Positions 8,745 to 17,311 of a stretch of DNA of 64,000 nucleotides are shown here, one piece after another. Each line of letters opens with the position of its first letter. Position 1 is the first letter of the stretch. This stretch comes from an uncultured Pelagibacteraceae bacterium (GTDB taxonomy: Bacteria > Pseudomonadota > Alphaproteobacteria > Pelagibacterales > AG-422-B15), in NCBI GenBank assembly GCA_902610585.1, contig CACLWE010000003.1:52314-116313 (forward strand), given 5' to 3'. The position numbers were made by a program, and so were the translations under genes. The notes beneath the pieces are model-generated. The model saw nothing but the letters and a program-made list of their open reading frames with translations, did not search any database and was not told where the DNA came from.

Positions 8745-9740
8745 ATGATATCAAAGCCATATTTATTATTTCTTGGAGATGCAAAAGATGATTTGGCAAT
8801 AAAGACTGCTGCAGGAGTAAATTACTGGCGTCCAGATTGGTGTATCGGTCAAATGAGCCTTCCAAATGCCAAATCTAGCTTAGGTTTACAGGAAATGAGT
8901 ATAGAAGAAGCTGTTAAGAATGGTGCTAAGACATTTGTTATTGGCGTGGTGAATGCCGGGGGAGTTATGCCTGAAGAATGGAAATCCATTATAATTAATG
9001 CAATATCATCTGGAATGAATGTTGCCAGCGGAATGCATTCAAGACTATCTTCTTTTGGTGAAATTGCAGAAGCGGCTAAAAGAAATAATGTTCAACTTCA
9101 TGATTTACGGTTTAGTGATAAACAATTTCAGACAGGAAAAGGAGGAAAACGATCAGGTAAAAGACTCCTTACTGTTGGAACAGATTGTTCTGTGGGAAAG
9201 AAATATACAGCACTTGCAATTGAAAAAGCGATGCAGAGCAATCAAAAAGATGCATCTTTCAAGGCAACTGGACAAACTGGTATCTTAATTGCAGAAAGTG
9301 GCATTGCAATTGATGCTATTGTTTCTGATTTTATCTCAGGAGCAGTCGAATGGTTATCGCCTGACAATGATGATAATCACTGGGATATTATTGAAGGCCA
9401 GGGATCTCTGTTTCATCCTTCATTCGCAGGAGTTTCACTTGGATTGCTTCATGGAAGCCAACCAGATGCATTTGTTGTATGTCATGAACCAACACGAACT
9501 AATATGAGGGGTGTGGATACACCTTTACCGAGCATTAAAGAGGTTATCGATCAGACAATACAAAATGGTAAACTTACTAATAAGCAAATTCAATGCATTG
9601 GTATCGCACTTAATACTTCTAATTGTAAATCTGAGGCAAATGATCATAAGGACAGATTATCAAAAGAATATGGCTTACCATGTTTAGACCCTTTACAAGA
9701 CAGCCTTGATCCATTCATTCGAATTATTGAAAAAATTTGA
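8745..9740 (+). CDS. DUF1611 family protein (DgcN-like putative D-glutamate N-acetyltransferase)
   Basis: DUF1611 pattern: N-terminal PYLLFLGDA..KTAAGV and the P-loop-like VGTDCSVGKKYTALA. Paired with an enolase-superfamily epimerase, as is typical of this family. Confidence 0.72.
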   Translation: MISKPYLLFLGDAKDDLAIKTAAGVNYWRPDWCIGQMSLPNAKSSLGLQEMSIEEAVKNGAKTFVIGVVNAGGVMPEEWKSIIINAISSGMNVASGMHSRLSSFGEIAEAAKRNNVQLHDLRFSDKQFQTGKGGKRSGKRLLTVGTDCSVGKKYTALAIEKAMQSNQKDASFKATGQTGILIAESGIAIDAIVSDFISGAVEWLSPDNDDNHWDIIEGQGSLFHPSFAGVSLGLLHGSQPDAFVVCHEPTRTNMRGVDTPLPSIKEVIDQTIQNGKLTNKQIQCIGIALNTSNCKSEANDHKDRLSKEYGLPCLDPLQDSLDPFIRIIEKI

Positions 9741-9747
9741 AACATTA

Positions 9748-10731
9748 ATGTCTAATATTCAGATAAAGCATATATCTTGGGATTTAAATAAATCATTTAA
9801 TATTTCTAGAGGCTCTAAAACTACAGCTGAAACAATTGAAGTAAAGATAGGAACTGATAATTTCTATGGTTATGGCGAGTGCGTTCCTTATAAAAGGTAT
9901 GATGAAACTATTGATAGTGTAACGTCGGAAATTCAGAATTTAAAACCTGACATTGAAGAAGGTAATATCAACTTAACTAATCTCGATCGTTTCTTAAAAA
10001 ATGGGGCGGCAAGAAATGCAATTGACTGTGCGATGTGGGATCTCGAATGTAAAATGAAAAATACCTCGATTTGGAAATTAATGGGAGTAACAAAGCCAAC
10101 TACATTACCTGGTAGCTATACCGTAGTATTAGATGAGCCAGAAAAAATGATAGAGGACATTAGTAATCATCAAGAATTTCCAACATTAAAATTAAAAGTT
10201 GATAAAAACAATCTTCACGAAATCTTAACAAAAACAAGAGAGCTTTCTCCAAATAAAGTAATAATTGTTGATGCTAACGAGGCATTCAATATTGATGATT
10301 TAAAATCAAACGCTGATTTATTTGTAAAAACAAAGATTGATTTAATAGAACAACCACTGTTATCTGAAAATGACAATGAATTAAAGGGATTAAATTTTCC
10401 TGTTTCTATATGTGCAGATGAGTCATTTCATGACAGTTCTGATTTGGCAAAAATGGCTCATAAATATAATACGATAAATATTAAACTCGACAAATCTGGC
10501 GGCCTTTCAGAAGCAGTAAAAATAATCAAAGAAGCAAAAAAGTTAGATCTAAAAATCATGCTTGGATGTATGGTCTCCAGTTCCTTATCAATGTTGCCAT
10601 TATTACCGCTATATGAACACGCAGATTTTATAGATCTCGATGGACCTTGCTTTATAGCTAATGATAGAAAAAATGGACTTGTTTATGAAAACGGTATGAT
10701 GCTAGTTAAGGAAGATCTTTGTTGGGGTTAA
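9748..10731 (+). CDS. enolase-superfamily dipeptide epimerase / N-acyl amino acid racemase (DgcA-like)
   Basis: MR/MLE-type metal and base residues in context: KLKVD, VDANEAF, IEQP, CADES, NIKLDKSGG. I prefer the ATG at 9748, after the upstream stop at 9740. Confidence 0.78.
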   Translation: MSNIQIKHISWDLNKSFNISRGSKTTAETIEVKIGTDNFYGYGECVPYKRYDETIDSVTSEIQNLKPDIEEGNINLTNLDRFLKNGAARNAIDCAMWDLECKMKNTSIWKLMGVTKPTTLPGSYTVVLDEPEKMIEDISNHQEFPTLKLKVDKNNLHEILTKTRELSPNKVIIVDANEAFNIDDLKSNADLFVKTKIDLIEQPLLSENDNELKGLNFPVSICADESFHDSSDLAKMAHKYNTINIKLDKSGGLSEAVKIIKEAKKLDLKIMLGCMVSSSLSMLPLLPLYEHADFIDLDGPCFIANDRKNGLVYENGMMLVKEDLCWG

Positions 10732-10732
10732 A

Positions 10733-10918
10733 TTATTTTTCTGCTTTTGGTGTAAAGATTTTCTTTCCATTGTAAGTGCCAGTTGTCATATCAACGTGAT
10801 GAGAAAGTCTCATTTCACCAGACTCTTTATCTTCAATAAAATTTTTTCCCTTTAGACGTAAATGAGATCTTCTCATGCCTCTTTTAGAATTCGATATCTT
10901 ACTCTTTGGGACAGCCAT
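10733..10918 (-). CDS. rpmF: 50S ribosomal protein L32
   Basis: MAVPKSKISNSKRGMRRSH N-terminal signature; 61 aa. Confidence 0.9.
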   Translation of the reverse strand: MAVPKSKISNSKRGMRRSHLRLKGKNFIEDKESGEMRLSHHVDMTTGTYNGKKIFTPKAEK

Positions 10919-10929
10919 TTTATTTTCCT

Positions 10930-11394
10930 TTATAATTTAGTTGGATTTGGTTCATCTCCGTAAACTTCATCAGGATCAAAAACTTTTTCTTCTGTTGTGA
11001 ACCTTAATCCAGACTTATTTGCAGTATCTTCTAAGTCAATTTCGCGGTAAAAACAAGACTTATAACCAACATGACAACTAGCGCCATTTTTTCCTATATC
11101 AACCTTCAAACAAAGGGCATCTTGATCATCATCAATTAGGATTTCCTTTACTTTTTGAGTATATCCACTTTTAGCTCCTTTATGCCATAATGCATTTCGA
11201 CTTCTGCTAAAGTAGAAAGCTTCTTTTGATGTAATAGTTTTTTCAAGTGCCTCTTCATTCATAAAACCTGTCATTAAAATTTCATTAGTTCTGTAGTCAA
11301 CTGTTGTAACAACTATCAAACCATTATCATCAAATTTAGGGGCTAGTTCATTGCTCTCTTCAACTTGTTGTACTGATTGTCTTTTCTTAAACAT
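10930..11394 (-). CDS. hisI: phosphoribosyl-AMP cyclohydrolase (monofunctional)
   Basis: SRSRNALWHKGAKSGYTQKV, DDDQDALCLKV and GASCHVGYKSCFYR. Confidence 0.9.
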   Translation of the reverse strand: MFKKRQSVQQVEESNELAPKFDDNGLIVVTTVDYRTNEILMTGFMNEEALEKTITSKEAFYFSRSRNALWHKGAKSGYTQKVKEILIDDDQDALCLKVDIGKNGASCHVGYKSCFYREIDLEDTANKSGLRFTTEEKVFDPDEVYGDEPNPTKL

Positions 11395-11468
11395 AATTTA
11401 TACTTGTCAAATAATTTAGGGTGGGTTTAACTTAAAAAATTAAATAATTCAATTAATTAAACATAAAT

Positions 11469-11966
11469 ATGACAAACAACAAAGATCCTATAAAACCTGT
11501 CAGAGCCCAAGGCGCTAGGACAACGTTTTTTCCTCCTTATGCCCTAATGATTGGGTTGATAGCATCAAGCCTCCTTGACAGTTTTTTTATACATTTGCCT
11601 CTCTTTAAAGGAAGCATGATAGTATTAATCATCGGATTAATTATTGCTGTTTCCTCTTTTTTAATGGCTATTTACACCTTAAAAATATTTTCTGACAACG
11701 AAGAAAACCCTCACCCAAAATCAGTTCAAAATCAATTGTTTGTTGGCGGAACTTTCAAATACTCAAGAAATCCAATTTATTTAGCAATGGTTATAATTCT
11801 ATTAAGTTGTGGACTGGCATTCAACTCCTGGTGGTATGTAATTAGTGCAGCTATATCAATACCGCTATTAACATATGGAGTAATAATTCCAGAGGAAAAA
11901 TATCTTGAAAAAGAATTCGGAAATGTTTACTTAGATTATAAGAAGTCCGTCAGAAGATGGCTTTGA
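11469..11966 (+). CDS. isoprenylcysteine carboxyl / phospholipid methyltransferase family membrane protein
   Basis: Multi-TM protein with YSRNPIYLAMVI and a C-terminal EEKYLEKEFG..Y..Y motif, typical of the ICMT/PEMT family. Confidence 0.65.
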   Translation: MTNNKDPIKPVRAQGARTTFFPPYALMIGLIASSLLDSFFIHLPLFKGSMIVLIIGLIIAVSSFLMAIYTLKIFSDNEENPHPKSVQNQLFVGGTFKYSRNPIYLAMVIILLSCGLAFNSWWYVISAAISIPLLTYGVIIPEEKYLEKEFGNVYLDYKKSVRRWL

Positions 11967-11989
11967 AATAATTTCATAAATTTTTAAAT

Positions 11990-13219
11990 ATGTACAGCTT
12001 GCTTAAGGGAACGTGGGCCCTATTTTTCGGTGTTGCAATGATAATGCTTGCGAATGGGCTTCAAGGTAGCTTGATTGGAGTTAGGGCATCAATCGAAGGG
12101 TACTCAGCTGCATCAGCAGGTATTATACTTACTGGATATTATGCTGGCTTCTTATCTGGAGCCCTCTTGATACCCCGTCGCATAAAAAGTGTCGGACATG
12201 TAAGAATGTTTGCAGCGCTTGCATCAATAGCCTCTATCTCAATTCTCTTGCATTCAATTCATGTAAGTTTCTTTGGATGGTTTTTAATGCGTTTTATATC
12301 TGGAATGTGTTTTGTAGGCATGTACACCGTTGCAGAAAGTTGGATCAATGACCTATCAGAAAATAATAATAGAGGTAAAGCTCTATCTATTTATATGATG
12401 GTTAGTATGGCTGGAAGTGCAGTAGGTCAGTTATTTCTAAATATAGCTAACCCAGAAACTGCATCCTTATTTATGCTTGTTTCAATTCTAATTTCCATTT
12501 CTCTCGTACCAATATTAATTGTTGTAAGTAAACAACCAGATTTCAGTGTTACGGAGTTTTTGAACATCAAACAGCTTTACGAAGCATCACCGCTTGGAGT
12601 GATTGCTGCTATGATGACAGGCTTAGCTCATGGAACTCTTTGGGGTATCGGAACCATATATGGTTTAAAAAGTGGACTATCAATTGAGCAAGTATCAATT
12701 TTTATGTTTACATTTATTATTGGAGGAGCACTCAATCAGTATCTTATCGGCTATTTATCAGATACGTATGACAGAAGAACAATTATCGTAATTGTTGCTT
12801 TTTTAGCAGGTATCTTCTCTATTTTAGCTCTTATTTTTGGTAATACTTTCTCAGTTCTCGTGGCAATTACTTTCATATTTGGAGGTCTGACTGTGCCTCT
12901 TTATGCACTTTCGATCGCGCATACAAATGACTTTTTGTCAAAAAGGGAAATGGTTGCAGCAAGCTCTGGCCTTCAACTGGCAGGCGGTATTGGCCTTACA
13001 TTAGGACCCGTCATAGGGGGAATTGTGATTGACGTTATCGGCGCCTCTGGATTTTGGATATACCTATTTCTTATACACACAAGTTTGGGTCTATTTGGGA
13101 TTTATAGAATGACAATAAGGACTGCGGTTCCATTAGAAGAACAAGGTACCACTGTATTAGTAAGTAGTCGTGCATCTCCAGTTTCTATGGAGTTATATCC
13201 CGATGCGGAAGAAAAATAA
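11990..13219 (+). CDS. MFS transporter
   Basis: About 12 predicted hydrophobic segments, 409 aa, and an MFS-like loop PRRIKSVGHVRM between TM2 and TM3. Confidence 0.78.
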   Translation: MYSLLKGTWALFFGVAMIMLANGLQGSLIGVRASIEGYSAASAGIILTGYYAGFLSGALLIPRRIKSVGHVRMFAALASIASISILLHSIHVSFFGWFLMRFISGMCFVGMYTVAESWINDLSENNNRGKALSIYMMVSMAGSAVGQLFLNIANPETASLFMLVSILISISLVPILIVVSKQPDFSVTEFLNIKQLYEASPLGVIAAMMTGLAHGTLWGIGTIYGLKSGLSIEQVSIFMFTFIIGGALNQYLIGYLSDTYDRRTIIVIVAFLAGIFSILALIFGNTFSVLVAITFIFGGLTVPLYALSIAHTNDFLSKREMVAASSGLQLAGGIGLTLGPVIGGIVIDVIGASGFWIYLFLIHTSLGLFGIYRMTIRTAVPLEEQGTTVLVSSRASPVSMELYPDAEEK

Positions 13220-13220
13220 A

Positions 13221-14081
13221 TTAGATTGAGCTTATCCAGTCTTTTAAACCATCACTTATTTCGTCTGGTGCTTCTTCCTGAAGGAAATGGTGTCCTTTTA
13301 CGGTCATCTCCTTTTGATTCTTAAATTTTCTACAAAATTCGATTAAGGGTTTTGGCATTATTCTTCCAGGATTACCTACTATGAGGAACTTTGGCAAATT
13401 AGTTTCCATCATAAATTTCAAATTATCTTTTACCTCATTATAAACATCAATTGGTTCATTATCGATTGGAATTTGCCGAGGCCAATCTAATGTTGGTCTT
13501 CTATCTTCACCAGGATTAATAAATGGTTTCCTGTATTCATTCATGACCTCATCACTTAATGGTTCTATGGGATCAGTTCCAAGCATTTTTTCTACAAAAA
13601 AGTTTTCTTCAAGAACTTTTTTGTCTCCTTTTTCAGATCTAATCATAAGAAAAAGTCCTCTCGTTGGCTCAACCATTTCATCTGACTTAATTGGCGCAAT
13701 TACAGTTTCAAAATAGCAAATACCTCGAACATTATCATTATTTTCTCTTGCCCATTTAATAGCAAGAGGTCCTCCCCAATCCTGACCAACTAGTGTAACT
13801 GGTTGAGTTAATTCTAAGCTTCTAATAAATTCTGACAAATATTTATAATGTAATTCAAAGGTATAAGACATATGACCTGAATTTTCCAACTTATCTGAGT
13901 CACCCATGCCCAACATATCAGCTGCAATACATCTGTACTGGTTTTTAAGATTCTTAATTATATTTCTATATAAAAAAGAAGATGTGGGATTTCCATGAAA
14001 AAAGATTATAGGATCTCCCTCGCCTTCATCTACGTAAGCAATTTTCCTATCATCATATTTAAAAAATTTTTTTTCTGTCAC
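13221..14081 (-). CDS. haloalkane dehalogenase family alpha/beta hydrolase
   Basis: FFHGNPTSSFLYRN and the nucleophile elbow LVGQDWGGPLA are signatures of the HLD (DhaA/DmbA/Renilla-luciferase-like) family. C-terminal GHHFLQEE supplies the catalytic His. Confidence 0.8.
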   Translation of the reverse strand: MTEKKFFKYDDRKIAYVDEGEGDPIIFFHGNPTSSFLYRNIIKNLKNQYRCIAADMLGMGDSDKLENSGHMSYTFELHYKYLSEFIRSLELTQPVTLVGQDWGGPLAIKWARENNDNVRGICYFETVIAPIKSDEMVEPTRGLFLMIRSEKGDKKVLEENFFVEKMLGTDPIEPLSDEVMNEYRKPFINPGEDRRPTLDWPRQIPIDNEPIDVYNEVKDNLKFMMETNLPKFLIVGNPGRIMPKPLIEFCRKFKNQKEMTVKGHHFLQEEAPDEISDGLKDWISSI

Positions 14082-14740
14082 TTATCTATAATTTTACACC
14101 AGCTATCAACTGGTCTTCTATTCGTTTTATAATTGTTTAATGGCGAGGAAACATCTCTGTATCCAATTGCCATACCACAGAATAACATGAGATCAGAGTC
14201 AGCTTCAACAAATTCAGATACCATTTTCTGCCTAAGTGACCAAGATTCCTGTGCACAAGTATCAATTCCTTCTTCTTGAGCAAGTAGCATAAATGTCTGT
14301 AGGAACATTCCTAGATCTGACCACTGAGGTTGGTTCATTTGGCGGTCTACAAAACAGAATAATGCTGCTGGTGCTCCAAAAAAAGTGAAATTTTTAAGCA
14401 TTTGATCTACCCTTGCTTGCGAATCTGATCTTTCAATTCCAATAGAACCGTATAACTGTTCACCAACTTCAAACCGTGAAGTTCTATAAGGCTCTTTTAG
14501 TTTTGCAGGATAAATTGGGTATTCAGGTGTGTCTGTGCCCTTCCATTTATCCTGAAATTCAAGAAAACGTTTCATCGAGTTCCCATTTATTATAAATATT
14601 CTCCATGGCTGTAAGTTGCCTCCCGATGGGGATCTGGAAGACTTATAAATTAGGCTTTCTAGTATTTCATTCGATACCTGCTTTTTTGTAAAAGCTCTTA
14701 CTGATTGGCGATTGTTTACGGCCTCTGAAACGGTTGTCAT
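14078..14740 (-). CDS. nitroreductase family protein
   Basis: NRQSVRAFT, SRSPSGGNLQPW and the FGAPAALF pattern. The stop overlaps the dehalogenase start by 4 nt. Confidence 0.8.
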   Translation of the reverse strand: MTTVSEAVNNRQSVRAFTKKQVSNEILESLIYKSSRSPSGGNLQPWRIFIINGNSMKRFLEFQDKWKGTDTPEYPIYPAKLKEPYRTSRFEVGEQLYGSIGIERSDSQARVDQMLKNFTFFGAPAALFCFVDRQMNQPQWSDLGMFLQTFMLLAQEEGIDTCAQESWSLRQKMVSEFVEADSDLMLFCGMAIGYRDVSSPLNNYKTNRRPVDSWCKIIDK

Positions 14741-14868
14741 AATCTAATTTTTATTCTTTTTTTTTCATGAAGTTTTTTTTTATTTGCGACCTTTTTTGGT
14801 CTAAACTTATCTGTCCTTAACTGTCTTGCAATAGGATTACTTTTTAATTTACTTTTTTTCTTTTTCAT
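14737..14868 (-). CDS. unannotated 43-aa lysine-rich small protein (MKKKKSKLKSNPIARQLRTDKFRPKKVANKKKLHEKKRIKIRL)
   Basis: Hand translation of the minus strand. The ATG lies 3 nt after the SDR stop and the TGA overlaps the nitroreductase ATG (ATGA). The ORF therefore exactly fills an otherwise empty 131-nt A-rich gap. It is below the ORF-track length cutoff. Confidence 0.42.
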   Translation of the reverse strand: MKKKKSKLKSNPIARQLRTDKFRPKKVANKKKLHEKKRIKIRL

Positions 14869-14871
14869 TCT

Positions 14872-15627
14872 TTACAGAAGCACACTGCCTCCATCTACCA
14901 TCAGGGTTTGTCCTGTAACAAATTTACTTTGATCACTTGCAAGATAAAGAACAGTTCCATATATATCATCAACTTCAAGTGTCTTTTGTAATATCTGCCC
15001 TTTAGAAATAACCTCAAAACCGCGTTCTGCTTTTTCTCCTAAAAATTCCTTTGCCGACTCGGTTCTTACCATAGATGGCGCTACTGCATTCACACGAATA
15101 TTATCTTTTCCCATTTCTCTCGCCATAACCCGAGTTAGTCCAATCACGGCAGCTTTTGATGTGGCGTAATCTGCGGCGTAAGGCATGCCGAATTTAGCTG
15201 CTAGAGAAGCGATATTTATTATTGAGCCACTTTTGTTTTCTCTCATTATTGGAGATATTGCTCTGCAGCAATTCCAAAGTCCTTTGACATTAACATTCAT
15301 CGCTTTGTCCCATTGATCTGGATCAATATCTTCAAATCGTGAGCTTTTTAATGCTCCATATAGTGCGGCGTTATTTACCAACACATCTATTTTAGAAAAT
15401 TTATCAACAGCCTTCGCCATCATATTGTTGCATGAGTTAATATCTGTTACATCGAGGTTTAGACTTAAAAACTTATCTGTAACTTCGCTCACCTTTTTCT
15501 CTGTCTCAGAACAATCGGATATATCTGCAAAAATGATATTCGCTTCTGCTTTTGCAAATTCAAGGGCATATTTCTGTCCCAAGCCTCTTGCGGCACCTGT
15601 AACAATAATTGTTTTATCTTTGATCAT
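14872..15627 (-). CDS. SDR family oxidoreductase (3-oxoacyl-ACP reductase-like)
   Basis: TGAARGLG cofactor motif, NNAA, and the catalytic YATSKAA. Confidence 0.88.
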   Translation of the reverse strand: MIKDKTIIVTGAARGLGQKYALEFAKAEANIIFADISDCSETEKKVSEVTDKFLSLNLDVTDINSCNNMMAKAVDKFSKIDVLVNNAALYGALKSSRFEDIDPDQWDKAMNVNVKGLWNCCRAISPIMRENKSGSIINIASLAAKFGMPYAADYATSKAAVIGLTRVMAREMGKDNIRVNAVAPSMVRTESAKEFLGEKAERGFEVISKGQILQKTLEVDDIYGTVLYLASDQSKFVTGQTLMVDGGSVLL

Positions 15628-16144
15628 AAATATCTTCTAGCTCCTCTTTGCTCATTTCAAATAATATCTTCTTTACGATGTTATATGAAAAACCTGCTCT
15701 TGACAAAACTCCAAGCTCTCTCATTTTTATTTTTTCTGTAAGTTCATTTTTCCTATAAGGTCCTATAGATTTCTTTTTTGCTAACCTACAAGCGGCTATA
15801 AGATCAATATTTTTACCTGAATTTCTAATGTTCTGTATTGCGTCAATAATTATATTATCCTTTACGTATAGTTCCTTAAGTTTGAATTCAATTTTTTTTA
15901 GTGACCAACCCTTATTTAGATAATTCCTGATTTTGCTCTCAGAAAATAGTTGATCATTAAGAATTTTTTGTCTTTCTAATGAAAAAATTATTTCATTGAT
16001 AATTTCTTCTGAGTTAATACTTAAATGACTATCTTTAACTTTTCGTCTTAGATAATTTCTCAAGTTTTCTGAGCTTGATGCGTATCTTTGTAAGTACCAT
16101 AAAGCTTTTGACTCAATTTCAGTATAATTAGAATTATTTTTCAT
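15614..16144 (-). CDS. recX: regulatory protein RecX
   Basis: Helical-repeat protein of RecX size with ALWYLQRYASSSENLRNYLRRK and repeated ...IEFKLKELYV... modules. Overlaps both neighbours. Confidence 0.68.
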   Translation of the reverse strand: MKNNSNYTEIESKALWYLQRYASSSENLRNYLRRKVKDSHLSINSEEIINEIIFSLERQKILNDQLFSESKIRNYLNKGWSLKKIEFKLKELYVKDNIIIDAIQNIRNSGKNIDLIAACRLAKKKSIGPYRKNELTEKIKMRELGVLSRAGFSYNIVKKILFEMSKEELEDIYDQR

Positions 16145-17270
16145 TAACTATCTGAATAATTTTTTCTGCTGCCATTATACTTGGTGTGCTTTGAGATTTG
16201 AGTTTCGCAGTAGCTTCACTTGCATTTGATAGAACTTCTTGAAGGTAATCATTATCATCTAAAAATTTTTTTAAATAATACGTAATATTATCTTTATTGC
16301 TTTTACTTTGTAGCAGCTCAGGAATGACAAACTTCCCCTGTATAATATTAATTAAATTACCCATTCTAGTTTTAATAAGGAATTGCAGTATAAAATAAGT
16401 TACAGGATTGAATTTGTATGCTGTCACATATGGTGTATTAAAATATGAAACTTCTAGAGCTGCAGTCCCTGAGGTCACAATGCCAAGTTTTGCATGATAG
16501 TAATAAGAGTATTTAATATGCTCATCTAGAATTATTTTTATTCTATTTTGTAAATTGAATTGACTTAAGAAATCTTCTACATAAAAAGTCATTTCTTTTG
16601 TAAGTGGCATTACAAGCTCATACTTGTCATCTAACTTCATGGCTCTTATTACTTCTAAGTAAATTGGTAAAAGAGATACAACTTCCTTTTTTCTACTTCC
16701 TGGTAAAATTAAGAAAACTTCTCTGTCTCCCTCAGTAATTTGATTCTTTTTAAAGTTTTCAATATTTATCTCTGTTATCGGATGACCTACAAAAGTTGTC
16801 GGCACTTCATATTTCTCAAATATTTTCTTCTCAAAGGGTAGAATTGTCAGCAAGTGATCTACTGATTTTTTTACTGTATGGACACGTCCAGGCCTCCATG
16901 CCCAAACGCTAGGAGCTACATAATGAAGAATTTTTAATTTATTGTTTCGTTTTTTTATCCGTTTAGCAATTCTCAATGTAAAATCCGGACTATCAACTGT
17001 GAAAATAATATCAGGATCAAGTTCAATAATTTGATTAACCACTGATTTTATTATGCGATTTATTTTAAATATCTTAGGAATAACTTCAATTAATCCCATC
17101 ACGTTAATTTCTGATATATCAAAAAATTTTTGAATACCCTCTTTTTCAAGGGCTCTTCCACCAATACCAAAAATTTTAAGAGGCTCATTTGAAATTTTTT
17201 TTAGTTCTTTTATGGCTGATGCGGCTAATTTATCGCCAGACTCTTCACCGGTTATTACTACAATCTTCAT
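16134..17270 (-). CDS. lpxB: lipid-A-disaccharide synthase
   Basis: MKIVVITGEESGDKLAA N-terminus, DSPDFTLRIAK, ILPGSRKKEV and TSGTAALE. Confidence 0.9.
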   Translation of the reverse strand: MKIVVITGEESGDKLAASAIKELKKISNEPLKIFGIGGRALEKEGIQKFFDISEINVMGLIEVIPKIFKINRIIKSVVNQIIELDPDIIFTVDSPDFTLRIAKRIKKRNNKLKILHYVAPSVWAWRPGRVHTVKKSVDHLLTILPFEKKIFEKYEVPTTFVGHPITEINIENFKKNQITEGDREVFLILPGSRKKEVVSLLPIYLEVIRAMKLDDKYELVMPLTKEMTFYVEDFLSQFNLQNRIKIILDEHIKYSYYYHAKLGIVTSGTAALEVSYFNTPYVTAYKFNPVTYFILQFLIKTRMGNLINIIQGKFVIPELLQSKSNKDNITYYLKKFLDDNDYLQEVLSNASEATAKLKSQSTPSIMAAEKIIQIVNEK

Positions 17271-17311
17271 TTTACTATTTGATCTAATTGTTTATATTTA
17301 TATCATTATAT

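Noticed and set aside
9019-9507. Two plus-strand ORFs (89 and 72 aa) in an alternative frame within the DUF1611 gene, which could suggest a frameshifted pseudogene.
   Set aside because: The 331-aa DUF1611 frame is intact end to end with family motifs throughout. The alternative-frame ORFs have no features and are explained by chance.
14788-14803. A GACC-TTTTTT-GGTC mini-hairpin inside the 43-aa ORF, considered as a terminator or an ArfA-style RNase III site.
   Set aside because: The stem is only 4 bp and too weak to call. It is kept as a note under the micro-ORF hypothesis, not as a feature.
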